Source: a virus
Taxonomy: Duplodnaviria > Caudoviricetes
Strand: one strand, 5' to 3'
IMG/VR virus record: IMGVR_UViG_3300042503_002233
Coordinates: 1-60,721 of that record
Length of the DNA stretch: 60,721 nucleotides
Shown in pieces: positions 29,931 to 41,233 of this stretch (positions are counted from its first letter, which is position 1; each line of letters starts with the position of its first letter). The position numbers were made by a program, and so were the translations under genes. The notes under the pieces are model-generated. The model saw only the letters and a program-made list of their open reading frames with translations, was not told the DNA's origin and did not search any database.

Positions 29931-31538
29931 ATGCCAATTCGCAATCAGAACTGGTACAACCTGCAAGCCACGCGCCGTTATCCGCTCGATGATACATCTA
30001 CCGGCGAGGACGATACTGGCAAAACAATTCGCGACGACATCATCGTCGATTGCCATATTCGCTACCCGTCGACGATTGGCGAGCACCTGTTTGTACAGGC
30101 CATAAACATTACGCCCAATCTTATCACTGTCCTGTTCGGGCTGGCGCAAACGCTGGACGACACAGAGTCCCCGACGGTTGCCACAATTACGGTTGATAAA
30201 CCAGCAGAACGAAACGTCAATTACAGCATTACAGCTTTCGTTCCGGGCATCAGCGGCTGGGTTGCGTTCGGACCGGGCATCGAAACGCCTTTTGTCGGCC
30301 GCTACTCTACGCCCAAACAGACGCTCATCGGAAACAGGAACGCGCGTCCGTATCAGCCGCTCCCAATCCCGACGATCGGCAAGGTGGGACTGCTGGAATC
30401 ACTGCAAGGCATAGTCAATTTAATCGCTGAAAGCCCCGTCACCGCGACATATCACGAAAATTACGTCGTACCCAAGTACGACCCCGAAACAGATCAAATT
30501 AACGAACTTCCAGTTACAGCGATCGTCTTCTCGTCTGACGCGCCCACCGCGCAATTCAATCCGTTGACCTTTTTTCTGCCACCATGCGGACAGCGGCCAG
30601 AAAACGGAACCTGCCCGAAGCCACCGATCGAGCGCATCAACGGCGTAGACCCAGACTGCGACACCGGCAACATTGACATCGTTTTTAACGACGGACTTAC
30701 AGGCCGACCGTTTGCAGAATGCGGCGGTTTAGACATCACAACCGATCTTGGACTGTCTGCGGCGTGCGGCCCAGATAAAAACGACAAAAAAACCGGTAAG
30801 GACGAGTGCCCATGCGAAGAGCCCGACGCGGTAAGTAACTACTGCTGGCCAACTGCGATAGATGACATCTTTGATCCCGCAGCATGCCCGGAAGAACAAT
30901 TTTCTTGCCCGGCGCTTCCATTCTGCGTGTCACTGGCTTACGAGCAAGATGCGCTCAGCGTTACAAACGGCAGTTTTAGCGTCGCCAAGACTGTGGCGCC
31001 GCCGGCCAGTTGCTGCGACGTGGGGGAGCCAGATTTTTCAAATCACGAAGTTTGGGTCGCGTCGAGTGCTGCTGGCCTGAATATAGCGCTCTATCCGGCG
31101 TGCGCCGCCGACTGGGCGTACGACAAGATTATCTCGACTGAGTTCCGATTAAAGACTGGCGGGCTCAAACAAAATGGCGGCGTCGTTTTAAACCATATGC
31201 GCGTGCAAGAAAACGGACGCTGCCGTACAAAATACTACGCAGTGATATTTGACGGCAGCGCGGCAGAGTTGCAACTTTACCGTTTTGACGGCGCATTGCT
31301 TATTAAAGAGAACAAAGTATCCGTACCGAACGTTGTCGGAAATTGGTACAAAATATCGGCTTTTGCTACCGAAAGCAGCGGGTCATCGACAATCTCTGGC
31401 ACGCTTTACGACATGACTACCGGCGAGATCGTGGCCACGCTCACTACAAACACACCAGACTATGAAATGGTAAATGGGCGCGCCGGCATTATCACAAACT
31501 CGGCCATAACGCAATTTAATCGCTTCGAGATAACCTGA
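29931..31538 (+). CDS. Cys-rich virion protein, paralog 3, with C-terminal beta-sandwich (lectin-like?)
   Basis: 'WYNLQATRRYPL', 'IERINGVDPDCDTGNIDI'; C-terminal 'GNWYKIS...GRAGI...FNRFEI'. Confidence 0.6.
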   Translation: MPIRNQNWYNLQATRRYPLDDTSTGEDDTGKTIRDDIIVDCHIRYPSTIGEHLFVQAINITPNLITVLFGLAQTLDDTESPTVATITVDKPAERNVNYSITAFVPGISGWVAFGPGIETPFVGRYSTPKQTLIGNRNARPYQPLPIPTIGKVGLLESLQGIVNLIAESPVTATYHENYVVPKYDPETDQINELPVTAIVFSSDAPTAQFNPLTFFLPPCGQRPENGTCPKPPIERINGVDPDCDTGNIDIVFNDGLTGRPFAECGGLDITTDLGLSAACGPDKNDKKTGKDECPCEEPDAVSNYCWPTAIDDIFDPAACPEEQFSCPALPFCVSLAYEQDALSVTNGSFSVAKTVAPPASCCDVGEPDFSNHEVWVASSAAGLNIALYPACAADWAYDKIISTEFRLKTGGLKQNGGVVLNHMRVQENGRCRTKYYAVIFDGSAAELQLYRFDGALLIKENKVSVPNVVGNWYKISAFATESSGSSTISGTLYDMTTGEIVATLTTNTPDYEMVNGRAGIITNSAITQFNRFEIT

Positions 31539-32329
31539 TGACCGACGCCGCACGTATTCTATTCCCGGACTTTCGCGAAGAGCAGCGCGACTCTCGGTAT
31601 CCGTTCGTCGACACAGCAAACCTGCTGGCGACAGATGGTCTAACGGCCATCCAGCGCGACACGTTTATCGACGCCGTATTTCACATTATTGGCGCGGGCA
31701 ATCGTGTTTACATCTCGTCTGTAAAAATTGAGTCACAAAAAGTAACGATTACCCTCGGCGACGAAACGACAGACGCCGTAGCCGCGGCAACATTCGCTCC
31801 AAGCCCCATTGCCGCAACCGCGTCGGGCGGGCTAGCAATTTACGACTTGCTTGGACGACCCGCCGGCACGTTAGTGGCGACAAAAGACAACTTGTCGTTA
31901 TTTACAGGTTGGTCAATCGGCACCTACGAGTTTACGCGTGAAGCAACAGAGTTTGTATCGACCACGGTAATCCCGACAAGAGAGCCCGGCGTCCGTGGGT
32001 TGAGCCCAGCCACAAAAGAACTCATCACCGGCGACGTATGGTTAATTGGCGACGGCGGCGTCACATTTCGATACGGTGGCGTGCAAGACGGAAAACAGAT
32101 CATCCGCGTCGACGTCACGGGCGTGCCGCTTTCAAATCGGTTTTTGTGCGTGCCGTATGAGCGGTTTCAATCAAAAAACTTTGTGCGCACAATTAACGGC
32201 TGTCCCCCCGACGAATATGGCAACTTTACAATTACCGCGACCGGTCATGAGATCGACGACACTGTGTTGCGGGTCACACAAGCTGACGGCATAATTTTTA
32301 TAGACGCTGTCGGAAGAAAGGTGGTGTGA
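31538..32329 (+). CDS. Virion protein, paralog 4
   Basis: 'FREEQRDSRYPF', 'TGDVWLIG', 'VRTINGCPPDEYGNFTI'. Confidence 0.6.
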   Translation: MTDAARILFPDFREEQRDSRYPFVDTANLLATDGLTAIQRDTFIDAVFHIIGAGNRVYISSVKIESQKVTITLGDETTDAVAAATFAPSPIAATASGGLAIYDLLGRPAGTLVATKDNLSLFTGWSIGTYEFTREATEFVSTTVIPTREPGVRGLSPATKELITGDVWLIGDGGVTFRYGGVQDGKQIIRVDVTGVPLSNRFLCVPYERFQSKNFVRTINGCPPDEYGNFTITATGHEIDDTVLRVTQADGIIFIDAVGRKVV

Positions 32330-32330
32330 T

Positions 32331-33281
32331 ATGCCTCGCCCGGGTTTTTACAACGACAATGAATACCGCGCGTACCCGTTTATTTTCAAAGCCGGTGCGG
32401 TGGCCCTTCCTTACTCAACCGTGGTGGACTGCGGAATTATCATGGGCCTCGACAGCGAATTTGATGGTGAAGTTCATGAAGTGTGGCTGCAGCAAATCAA
32501 ACGCCTAAACAACACATTTGAATTCGAGTTTGCCACGAACGCCCCGGGAGCCGCGCAAAAGCCGCTGGTGTTCCAACGCGACGTCGATACAGCGGAGTGG
32601 CTGATGGAAGACGCCGAGTCCGAGCCATATGTTAAAGACGTCAATAGCTGCGCGACCGAGCCCGCGTGGTCCGGGTTTCTAGTTACGGGCCCGCTGAAAG
32701 ATTTAGAAGCCGCGCTGCCGAACGACGGAACAATCACTCTCGGGACGGCTTACACACTGGAGCCAGCACGTATTCAAAGCCTTGTTCGAAGCTATTTAAG
32801 AGCAGTCTCGCTTGGAAATTTTTCTCGGCCGCGGGCAAGATCGGCGTGCGACAATTCACCCGGCACGCCGCGACATGTTGTAATAAACAAACGATGCATT
32901 GCGGGAGATATTAGATTTAAAGAGGGCTACAACGCGCAAATTCGACAACGCGTACTTACAAACGAGATCGTCATTTCCGCTGGCCGCGGCTTTGGGGCGC
33001 AGTACGACGCAGAACTGTGCCAGAACCACGGGGAGATTCCATTTTACGACGGAGAGCAAAAGCCCATTTTGTTCCCCGCGGCGGATGGACGGCCAGAGGT
33101 ACGGAGCAAATTTTTTAGCGGCGGCCCAGCGTGTGACGAACTTGTGTCGTCTATAAACGGAGTAACCGGACCAGATGTTACAATCGTCGGCGGCACTGGC
33201 ATCAACGTGCGCGTCGATCAGGACAATCCAAATACCATACTCGTGACCCTGTCGACGACCAACATCGCCGGCAACTGTTAA
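32331..33281 (+). CDS. Virion protein, paralog 5
   Basis: '[12 protein letters not shown]', '[10 protein letters not shown]', '[14 protein letters not shown]'. Confidence 0.6.
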   Translation: MPRPGFYNDNEYRAYPFIFKAGAVALPYSTVVDCGIIMGLDSEFDGEVHEVWLQQIKRLNNTFEFEFATNAPGAAQKPLVFQRDVDTAEWLMEDAESEPYVKDVNSCATEPAWSGFLVTGPLKDLEAALPNDGTITLGTAYTLEPARIQSLVRSYLRAVSLGNFSRPRARSACDNSPGTPRHVVINKRCIAGDIRFKEGYNAQIRQRVLTNEIVISAGRGFGAQYDAELCQNHGEIPFYDGEQKPILFPAADGRPEVRSKFFSGGPACDELVSSINGVTGPDVTIVGGTGINVRVDQDNPNTILVTLSTTNIAGNC

Positions 33282-33292
33282 CAGGTCGTGCG

Positions 33293-36200
33293 ATGACAGA
33301 TTTTTTCTTCAAAAACAACAAGTGCGGTATCGCAAACAAGGTCGAGAAGTCGGACTTCAAGTTCGTCTTTGACTGCGACATCGTACCGACGCCGCCGCCG
33401 ATTTTTGACTGCCCGCCGCCGATCGTGCCGCGCGAACCTGAAATTCCGTGCCCTGTATTCGACGTCAAATCGAAACTGCAGGTCGGTTACGCCGATGGGG
33501 CTGATAGAGACGTCGATAACTGCGACGTCAAAGAGAACAAAATCAAGTTTGAGATCAGCAAGCGCGTGTTTGACGGCTGCCCCGCGCCAAACGACTGCGA
33601 ATTTGATGTTGACCTCGAAATTGATATCGCCTTTCCTGCGCCCCCGTGTCCTGACCTGAAAGTCAACACGTTCAGCGTTAAAAGCGGCTTTGCCGATCAG
33701 CCGTGCGCGCAAGAAGAAAGCAAATTTAGCATCCGCACAAAAAAGATTCCGGGAAAGGACTGCAATGATCCCGGCTCGTGCGAGTTCGAATTCGACCTTG
33801 AAATCAACGTCCCTATTCCGCGCGCGCCGTGCCCGAAAATCAACGTTAGGACATTTAACGTCAGCAGCGGCGACCCAACCCGGTGCGGCGTCGGGAGAAA
33901 CCGATTTGAGATTACGCCAAATCATCGGCCGGGTACAAATTGCGACGACCCGGGCGAGTGCAACTTTGACGTAGACCTCGAAATACACATCCCAATTCCG
34001 CGTCCACCATGCCCGGAAATAAAAATAAATGTTTTTGACGTCAAGTCCGGTTATGAAACAGCCGACTGCAGCGGTGAAAACAAATTTGAGATTCGGCGCA
34101 TTATCGAAGAGCCGCCGTGCGACGATCCGTTCAAACAGTTTAAGTGCGACTTTGAAGTCGACCTGCGGATATTTATTCCGATTCCGCAGCCGCCATGCCC
34201 TGAGATCAACATCAAAACTTTCTCGGTCAAAAGCGGGTACGCCGGTTCTGACTGCGCAAACGGAAGAAACCACTTTGAAATCACGACGAGAAAAATTCCG
34301 GGAGATTGTACGAACCCGGACAAATGCGAGTTTGACGTCAGTCTAGAGATTAATATCCCGCTGCCGCCAATCGTATGCCCGACAATTGTCATAAAAACGT
34401 TTAAAGTAACAAGCGACTACGCTGATCAATGTGCGCCCGGCCGAAACCGATTTGCGATCACAACGCGGCACGTCGAGCCAGAAAACTGCACGGACTCGGC
34501 GCCGGAGTGTAATTTTGACGTCGAGCTTGAGATTGACGTGCCGATCCCTCGGCCGCCGTGTCCTGAGATCAAAGTCAAGACATTTGAAGTGACGACCGGT
34601 TACAAGCTAGACAACTGCGCGCGGGGCGAGAACAAGTTCATCATCACGCGGCGAACGGAAAAAGCCCCGTGCGGCGACGATAAAAAAATTCAGGACGTGT
34701 GCGAGTTCGACATCGAACTCTCGATTGACGTTCCGATTCCAGTACCACCGTGCCCTGAATTAAACGTCAAAAAATTTGAAGTCAAGACCGCCTACAAGTT
34801 AGACGACTGCGAGCAGGGCGAAAACGTATTCAAAATTACAAAACGCATCACGCCCCCAACATGCGACGATGCGCCGCAATGCGAATTTGATTTTGAGCTC
34901 ACAATCAACGTCCCGATTCCCGTGCCGCCATGCCCGGATATCGACGTCAAGACGTTCAAAGTAAAGGTCGGCTACGCCGACACAGATTGCGCGCAAGGCG
35001 AAAACAAGTTTGTCATAAAAAAGACGGCCACGCCGCCAAGCTGCGACGGCTCGACAGCGGGCGATTGCAAGTTTGATGTTGAGCTTGAGATCAACGTCCC
35101 GATTCCAGTGCCGCCATGTCCCGAGATCAACGTCGGAACTTTTAAGGTCAAAAGCGGTTATGCACGTTGCATTAGCGGCTCAAACAAATTTACTGTCAGA
35201 AAGAAAGACATCCCCTCCGTACCAAATTGCGACAACCCCGAGCCGCCCAAATGTGAATTTGAAATAGACCTTGAGATCAACGTTCCTATTCCCGAGCCGC
35301 CGTGCCCAGAGATCAACGTTAGCTCGTTCAGTGTCAACTACATAGAGTACGCCGGCACGCAAGGACCGCCGAGCGTGGGCGGTTGCAATCAATTCGTAAT
35401 CAATAAGCGCGAAACGCCACCGTCATGCGACGGCGGAGGCGGAAATTGCGAATTCGATATTGACCTGCAACTGTGCATCCCGGTGCCCAGAATAAAATGC
35501 CCCGTATTTGTCACCCGCTTTAAAGTCGAAAGCGGCTACTCTGATTGCGTCAGCGGTAATAACGTTTTTGAGATCACAGGTAGCGACAACAACGGCGAGT
35601 GCGTATTTGACGTCAACCTAGAAATATCTATTCCAATACCCAAGCCGCCGTGCCCAGTCGTTCGGACAAATCTGGTGCTCGGGACGTTCCTGTCAAATTG
35701 CGGCAAAGGCGGCGGTGTATTTGACGTCTCAACTGAAATTATTCCGGGCGGCTGCGGCGCGCCAGACGCGTGTTTCTTCGACTTCAATCTTGAACTCTAC
35801 ATACCCATCCCAAAATTTGTAGAAGACGTTGTTTTTGCGGCGCCCAATCCAAAACTCGACGTCAGGTGGTGCGAACCAAACTTCGCTGGTGGTTTACTCC
35901 ATCCGCGCGTTTCATTCGTCAAAATGGCTTTTATAAGGAAAGCCGATATTTGGGCGAACGCGTGCGATCACGGACAACGCATTGCATACGACGTCGATTT
36001 TCAACTGGATATCGTACTGCCGCCTCTCCCGTGCAGTTATTTTAAACTCAGCCCCAAGAAGCCAGAGTTCCCTGTCCGCCGCGTTAAAGAGAACAAAGAA
36101 TATCTGAAACTGTCTGTTGTTCCAAAGCCGTCTATTAACTGCAACCCGTGCGAATACGAATTTGATATCGACATTCAACTGCGCTGCACGCCCTGCCCGG

Positions 36201-37852
36201 TTTTTCACAACAATCCGGCCAAGATAGACTTCATCCTGCCCACAGACCCGCCGCGAGGTAAAGTAGAAATTGCTGCGAGACCGAAAGCAGACTGCGAGTA
36301 TCCATGCGAATATGACGTCAATTTTGAGTTGTATCTGCCAAAGCCGTGCGTACCGAAATTCAACGTCCTGCCGCCGAGAGTCAATCCGTGTATTTACAGT
36401 GATGCCGCGACGTGGGAAACCTGCCGTCCCGAGGACAGCGAGTACATTAATCTCACTATTACGCCGTCCATCTCCGGCAACGCGTGCGAATACGACGTCG
36501 AAATCTATACCAAGCCGCCGTGGTATGTGCCGCGAGAAGTGGAGTGCGACGAGTTTGATACCTCATACGGCATTAAGGTTCAATACACAGAAGAAGACCC
36601 GCCACCAGACGGAACGTTAACAATTACGCCACGGGCGTTTGATCCGCTGATCGACAAACACTGTACGTACGATGTCGAAGCTGACATATACGTATCTACT
36701 AGGGGCTGCATTCCTAGCTTCAAAGTCCTCCCGACAAAACTTAATCCATGCTACTACAGCGATGCGAGTACGTTTGAAACTTGTAACCCCGAAGATGACG
36801 AGTTCATCACGCTTTCTATCACGCAACCGGACCCGGCAAAATGTAAATACGAAATCGAAGTTTACGCTAAGCCGGCGATCTACAGGCCAGAAAACAGAGT
36901 TTGCGACACGTTCGACACGTCGTACGGCATCAAGGTTCAGTACACATCAGAAGACCCGCCGCCAGCAGGCACGTTAACAATTACCGCACGGTCATTTGAT
37001 CCGCTCGTGGATAAGGCTTGCACATACGATGTCGAGGCGGACGTATACGTTCCTACGCCCGCCTGCCCGGAAATTTGGTACTCGCCGGGTAGTTTCCGCC
37101 TCGTGCCTGTTCCGATAAAGGACTGGAGCGCAAAGTACGAAACTCTCGATATAGAGTTCCTCCCTGAAATTAGTGAGGGTAAATGCCGCATCGAAATTGT
37201 TGGCGACATTAACGTACCCATCACGCGACTGACGTGCGATAAATTTGAAACTGCTGGCGCAGTCAAAATTAACGAAACGGACAGCGCCCCGTCGGGAACA
37301 CTCGCGATCACAGCGCGGGCGCTAGAATCAGGCGCCGAAAGCTGCACGTACGATGTCAGCCTTGAATTAAATCTTAACAAGAGCGGCGCAACAGGCCCGA
37401 CAGGGCCTACCGGGCCTTCTGGCGCAACAGGCCCCACTGGCCCCGGTACGACTGGACCAACTGGACCGACAGGTCCTTCTGGGGCAACAGGCCCGACTGG
37501 GCCTACCGGGCCTAGCGGTCCAACCGGCCCGTCCGGTCCCACTGGTCCCCGCGGCGCAACCGGCCCCACTGGCGCCGGTACGACTGGACCAACTGGATCG
37601 ACAGGCGCCACCGGTCCTTCTGGCGCTACCGGACCATCGGGACTACGCGGCGCTACAGGCCCTCAAGGCCCACAGGGCGCAACAGGGCCACAAGGCATAA
37701 CGGGCATTACAGGCGCTACAGGGCCAGTCGGGCCAACGATTACTAGCGTTGTTGGTTCAGTTTCATTTGGCGCGACTAACTCGTTAACCGGCTCATTCAA
37801 TAACGGCGTGCTCACGCTGAACCTCACACTTGCGACAACTACATGCCCATAA
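33293..37852 (+). CDS. Giant Cys/Pro-rich repeat protein with C-terminal collagen-like domain (putative long fiber/appendage)
   Basis: 1519 aa; ~13 well-conserved plus ~9 degenerate ~55-65-aa units (CPxIxVxxFxVxSGY..C..GxNxFxI......C....CxFDxxLxIxxPIPxPP), then G-x-T triplets. Confidence 0.8.
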   Translation: MTDFFFKNNKCGIANKVEKSDFKFVFDCDIVPTPPPIFDCPPPIVPREPEIPCPVFDVKSKLQVGYADGADRDVDNCDVKENKIKFEISKRVFDGCPAPNDCEFDVDLEIDIAFPAPPCPDLKVNTFSVKSGFADQPCAQEESKFSIRTKKIPGKDCNDPGSCEFEFDLEINVPIPRAPCPKINVRTFNVSSGDPTRCGVGRNRFEITPNHRPGTNCDDPGECNFDVDLEIHIPIPRPPCPEIKINVFDVKSGYETADCSGENKFEIRRIIEEPPCDDPFKQFKCDFEVDLRIFIPIPQPPCPEINIKTFSVKSGYAGSDCANGRNHFEITTRKIPGDCTNPDKCEFDVSLEINIPLPPIVCPTIVIKTFKVTSDYADQCAPGRNRFAITTRHVEPENCTDSAPECNFDVELEIDVPIPRPPCPEIKVKTFEVTTGYKLDNCARGENKFIITRRTEKAPCGDDKKIQDVCEFDIELSIDVPIPVPPCPELNVKKFEVKTAYKLDDCEQGENVFKITKRITPPTCDDAPQCEFDFELTINVPIPVPPCPDIDVKTFKVKVGYADTDCAQGENKFVIKKTATPPSCDGSTAGDCKFDVELEINVPIPVPPCPEINVGTFKVKSGYARCISGSNKFTVRKKDIPSVPNCDNPEPPKCEFEIDLEINVPIPEPPCPEINVSSFSVNYIEYAGTQGPPSVGGCNQFVINKRETPPSCDGGGGNCEFDIDLQLCIPVPRIKCPVFVTRFKVESGYSDCVSGNNVFEITGSDNNGECVFDVNLEISIPIPKPPCPVVRTNLVLGTFLSNCGKGGGVFDVSTEIIPGGCGAPDACFFDFNLELYIPIPKFVEDVVFAAPNPKLDVRWCEPNFAGGLLHPRVSFVKMAFIRKADIWANACDHGQRIAYDVDFQLDIVLPPLPCSYFKLSPKKPEFPVRRVKENKEYLKLSVVPKPSINCNPCEYEFDIDIQLRCTPCPVFHNNPAKIDFILPTDPPRGKVEIAARPKADCEYPCEYDVNFELYLPKPCVPKFNVLPPRVNPCIYSDAATWETCRPEDSEYINLTITPSISGNACEYDVEIYTKPPWYVPREVECDEFDTSYGIKVQYTEEDPPPDGTLTITPRAFDPLIDKHCTYDVEADIYVSTRGCIPSFKVLPTKLNPCYYSDASTFETCNPEDDEFITLSITQPDPAKCKYEIEVYAKPAIYRPENRVCDTFDTSYGIKVQYTSEDPPPAGTLTITARSFDPLVDKACTYDVEADVYVPTPACPEIWYSPGSFRLVPVPIKDWSAKYETLDIEFLPEISEGKCRIEIVGDINVPITRLTCDKFETAGAVKINETDSAPSGTLAITARALESGAESCTYDVSLELNLNKSGATGPTGPTGPSGATGPTGPGTTGPTGPTGPSGATGPTGPTGPSGPTGPSGPTGPRGATGPTGAGTTGPTGSTGATGPSGATGPSGLRGATGPQGPQGATGPQGITGITGATGPVGPTITSVVGSVSFGATNSLTGSFNNGVLTLNLTLATTTCP
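37385..37740 (+). repeat. Collagen-like (Gly-X-Y)n coding repeat
   Basis: GAT/GPT/GPS triplets with a couple of interruptions; synonymous codons vary. Confidence 0.9.
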
Positions 37853-37949
37853 AGTAATCGTTAAATAAGCAACAGCGTTCAAACCGCGCTAAAAAAATAT
37901 ACAATAGATGCTACGCTGGGCAGCATTACTTTCAACAATTGAGCGAACT

Positions 37950-39074
37950 ATGGCCGACGACACCGAAAGAAAAGACAGCGACGACCCGATGTCGCCAAAT
38001 TACGCGCCAAAACCAAACGAAGAGTTTGTAATACTGTCGGCCGCCGAAGACCCAACTCCATTAGGGCAATCGGAGATACTGCAGGAAAAAATACCTTTTG
38101 ATACTGTCGAAATACCGCTCGAAAACGGGTCAAACACATGGACCTTCTCCGGCGGTTCCAGTCCGTCCTCGTTCACGCTGCCCTCAACTACCGGCACGGT
38201 CGGCCCGCAAGGTCCACAGGGCGCAACGGGCGTTACAGGCGTAGCCGGCGCTACAGGCTCCACGGGCCCCCGCGGCGCGACTGGCATTACTGGCGCTTCA
38301 GGCGCGTCCGGCGCAACTGGCGCGACCGGAGCAACCGGGGCCACGGGCGCCACAGGTCCTCGTGGGCCTACTGGACCCACAGGCCCACTGGGCCCCACAG
38401 GCCCTACAGGGCCGCGTGGGCCTACCGGCGCTACTGGGCCGACCGGGGCCACGGGACCAACCGGACCACTAGGCCCCACAGGCTCTACGGGCCCTACAGG
38501 GGCTACGGGACCCACAGGCCCAACAGGACCAATTGGCCCGACTGGGCCTAGCGGGCCCACAGGACCTAGCGGACCGACAGGCCCGACAGGGCCGCGTGGA
38601 CCTACCGGGGCTACCGGTTTAACAGGTCCGATTGGGCCAACGGGAATAACAGGTCCAAGCGGCCCTACAGGACCAACAGGGCCGACCGGCCCATCCGGCC
38701 CGCGAGGCCCCACAGGTCCCACCGGAGCGACAGGGCCGACCGGAGCGCTCGGCCCCACGGGACCTACGGGCGCAACCGGGCCGTCTGGCCCAACCGGTCC
38801 AATAGGCCCGACAGGGCCTTCGGGGCCGAGAGGCGCTACTGGCCCCGCAGGCGTTATCGGCACAATGGGGCCAGCGGGTCCTGCCGGGCCTATAGGGCCG
38901 TCTGGCGTTTGCGGCCCTCGCGGCGCCACCGGAATGACCGGGCCAACCGGACCTATGGGCGTTGCGGCAATCACGCCGCAGTTCATCGACGACCTAATCG
39001 TGGCTGTTTACTCAAACGCAGCCCTTCGCACCGCAATCGTCGCCGTGGCGAATGGCGCAACTGGGCCGACGTAG
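37950..39074 (+). CDS. Collagen-like triple-helix protein
   Basis: ATG at 37950; long continuous G-P-T/G-A-T/G-P-S tract (~38190-38960) between a short acidic N-terminus and a hydrophobic helical C-terminus. Confidence 0.85.
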   Translation: MADDTERKDSDDPMSPNYAPKPNEEFVILSAAEDPTPLGQSEILQEKIPFDTVEIPLENGSNTWTFSGGSSPSSFTLPSTTGTVGPQGPQGATGVTGVAGATGSTGPRGATGITGASGASGATGATGATGATGATGPRGPTGPTGPLGPTGPTGPRGPTGATGPTGATGPTGPLGPTGSTGPTGATGPTGPTGPIGPTGPSGPTGPSGPTGPTGPRGPTGATGLTGPIGPTGITGPSGPTGPTGPTGPSGPRGPTGPTGATGPTGALGPTGPTGATGPSGPTGPIGPTGPSGPRGATGPAGVIGTMGPAGPAGPIGPSGVCGPRGATGMTGPTGPMGVAAITPQFIDDLIVAVYSNAALRTAIVAVANGATGPT

Positions 39075-39113
39075 CTATAACAGAAAACCACGCCATTTAC
39101 ACATGAGGTAGCT

Positions 39114-39497
39114 ATGGGCACGACAAGTCGGTTTTCAATCAGCCGCGACACACTGATTCGCCACGCATTTGAAGACAACTTTTTTGTCAAGGTGCCTGAG
39201 TTAATCGCCTTCAAAGAGATGTTTGCAAATTGCAAAGAAACGTACAAGAAAGAACTTGAACAAAAAGGTTGTACGTGCCGCATGACGACAGAGTGGGCGA
39301 AACCATGTGTGCTGCCAATGATGGAGCAAGTCGAGGCGGCTAAGAAAACAAATCACGCGCTCGTTAGAAATTTTATTCGCTGTATCGGGCGCTACAGCGA
39401 AGACGCCGATGTTGACCACGTCGGCGTCAGCATTATTTACGACAAGACATATGACATTTTTGTAGACACCGCGGCGCCAGAAGAAAAGGCTGATTAA
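39114..39497 (+). CDS. Hypothetical protein (Cys-containing)
   Basis: 127-aa ORF with GAGG RBS. Confidence 0.6.
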   Translation: MGTTSRFSISRDTLIRHAFEDNFFVKVPELIAFKEMFANCKETYKKELEQKGCTCRMTTEWAKPCVLPMMEQVEAAKKTNHALVRNFIRCIGRYSEDADVDHVGVSIIYDKTYDIFVDTAAPEEKAD

Positions 39498-39498
39498 G

Positions 39499-40341
39499 AT
39501 GCCAACATTTAGCCCAACGTACTCAAAACTTTTTCACGGCAACCGGCCATTTGTATTAGCCAACGGAAAAGATGCGGCTGCCGTCAAAATCAGATTGCGA
39601 GACGCAGATAACAATCCGATTGCCGCGAGGCAGGTCGAGCTAGTCGCGGACGGGCAAAATGTCATCGTCAGCCAGCCCGCGCTAACACAGCCTGACGGCA
39701 CAACGATCGGATACATCGTCGCGACAACACCGGGCGTCGTGTCTATACGGGCGCGCACGCTTGTATCAAATATGGGCACGATGATCGACGAACGCGAACT
39801 ATCGTCGCCTGAAGCGCTACAAAAGCTGATGAACTCCACCGCGGGAGCGGAGTGGTTTGACGAGCCGATTACTGTCACCTTCTTTTCCCGCGATATCGAA
39901 CCAAGTTTACCGATCGAGGCGACGCCGAGAAACATTCGACTGGAGTGGGCGGTCAGCCGGTACGACATTAACGACATTGACGGCATCCGCGTGCGCATAA
40001 CAGCGACACAAGCCAACAACATGCCGACAAAAATCTTTGCGTACCAAATGCTGCCAGTAAGACCGGGCGGCACGCAACAGGTCGCGACATTTGACCACGT
40101 GTGTTCGTCGGTGGATTTAGAAGAGTACCCAGAAGATCAGGCGCTTCCTAACAGTCGGCCCGCGTGGTTTCGTTTAAACTACGTGGACGTCATGGTGCGC
40201 TCGCGAGATGAGACTCGTGAATTTATCAACAGCGTGCTTGAAGACGTACAACTGCTGAAAAACACACTGGACATCACTGACGATTTACTCCCCGGCGGCA
40301 ACGCATGGATTGGTACGCCGCCGGAAATAACTATTCCATAA
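39499..40341 (+). CDS. Protein with N-terminal Ig-like (Big_1/invasin-type) domain
   Basis: 'ANGKDAAAVKIRLRDADNNPIA...V.L.......T..DG.......TTPGVVSIRA' matches the Big_1 pattern. Confidence 0.7.
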   Translation: MPTFSPTYSKLFHGNRPFVLANGKDAAAVKIRLRDADNNPIAARQVELVADGQNVIVSQPALTQPDGTTIGYIVATTPGVVSIRARTLVSNMGTMIDERELSSPEALQKLMNSTAGAEWFDEPITVTFFSRDIEPSLPIEATPRNIRLEWAVSRYDINDIDGIRVRITATQANNMPTKIFAYQMLPVRPGGTQQVATFDHVCSSVDLEEYPEDQALPNSRPAWFRLNYVDVMVRSRDETREFINSVLEDVQLLKNTLDITDDLLPGGNAWIGTPPEITIP

Positions 40342-40356
40342 TGCACGGAGGCGGAT

Positions 40357-40659
40357 ATGGCATCTATTGTTGTTGTCGATGACGGCACAATTGCGTCGCT
40401 TGTCATGAACAATTCGATCTCAAACTCTATTCCGTGCCTGACCAATAAGCGCGGTTTGCTTGGAAGCGTGTCAAACGGTTGCGGTTCTTGTATGCGCAAA
40501 CGCCAGCAAAAGGTGCGCGAAGAGTACGCAAAAATTAAGTCGTGCTTGGCTGCGCTGAGCCCGGAAAAAAAGGAAGAACTGAAGAAGCACTTAAACGCCG
40601 AAAAAATTCGTGTCGTGTTCACGAACAACGGCGGGCAAACAGTTCAAATGACTTTTTAA
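40357..40659 (+). CDS. Hypothetical protein with CxxC
   Basis: 100-aa ORF, GGAGG RBS, GCGSC motif; last gene of the structural block. Confidence 0.6.
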   Translation: MASIVVVDDGTIASLVMNNSISNSIPCLTNKRGLLGSVSNGCGSCMRKRQQKVREEYAKIKSCLAALSPEKKEELKKHLNAEKIRVVFTNNGGQTVQMTF

Positions 40660-40746
40660 GCCCAGCTAAATTCTGACCAAAATCGCGGCATATTAAGTAC
40701 GCCCCCAATTGTTATCCGGGAGCGCACTTTAACCACGAGGTGTCAG

Positions 40747-41115
40747 ATGCAGTCTGAAACGAAGAAGGCGATCCTCCTCCGGGCCGCCGCGTCGCCATCG
40801 TTCGCGGTGGTCCCTGAGCACGCGATCAAGATGTTCGACCGCGTGATCGAGCAGACGTCTGCAGAAGCGATCGCCACCCACCCGGATGACAAGTGGGGGC
40901 AGATCGAGTTCTGGAAAGAAGCGATCCTCGATCGCGTCCTTCCTCGGCTCCGGGGCATCATCGCTGTGTACTACCACGAGTACATCGCGAGCCTGATGCG
41001 GGGCGACGGCAACGTCGAAACGGACCCGTACGGGTTCGACGATGTGCCGCCGTACGGCGGCGAAGCGCGCGCCCAGCGCGACGCTTACATGGCGTGTACC
41101 GCTTCGCTCGCATAA
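40747..41115 (+). CDS. Hypothetical protein
   Basis: 122 aa, GAGGT RBS, strongly C/G-ending codons. Confidence 0.65.
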   Translation: MQSETKKAILLRAAASPSFAVVPEHAIKMFDRVIEQTSAEAIATHPDDKWGQIEFWKEAILDRVLPRLRGIIAVYYHEYIASLMRGDGNVETDPYGFDDVPPYGGEARAQRDAYMACTASLA

Positions 41116-41127
41116 GCGGGCGGGGCT

Positions 41128-41189
41128 GCGGCTATTCAGCCGAAACACTTACCCCTACATAGGGTATTTGTTTCAGGCTGAATAGCCGC
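41128..41189. other. Long imperfect inverted repeat (62-nt stem-loop)
   Basis: GCGGCTATTCAGCC-GAAACA-CT-TACCC...GGGTA-TT-TGTTTC-A-GGCTGAATAGCCGC; perfect 14-bp outer stem; intergenic. Confidence 0.8.
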
Positions 41190-41233
41190 GCGGTTTTGCT
41201 ATCGGACTTTTCCTTAGCTATTAGAAAACAGCA

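Noticed and set aside
33293-37384. Diversity-generating retroelement template/variable repeat pair
   Set aside because: No reverse transcriptase in the window, and the repeat differences are not adenine-specific by eye
37385-38960. CRISPR array or non-coding tandem repeat
   Set aside because: The 9-bp periodicity is Gly-X-Y coding with varied third positions; there is no repeat-spacer structure
36937-38986. Minus-strand ORFs reading (PVG)n
   Set aside because: Antisense shadows of the collagen genes
1-40659. Bacterial extracellular contractile injection system, tailocin or T6SS
   Set aside because: The same window holds a terminase, a tRNA, a primase-like gene and many phage-type small ORFs, with no housekeeping genes, so a phage genome fits better
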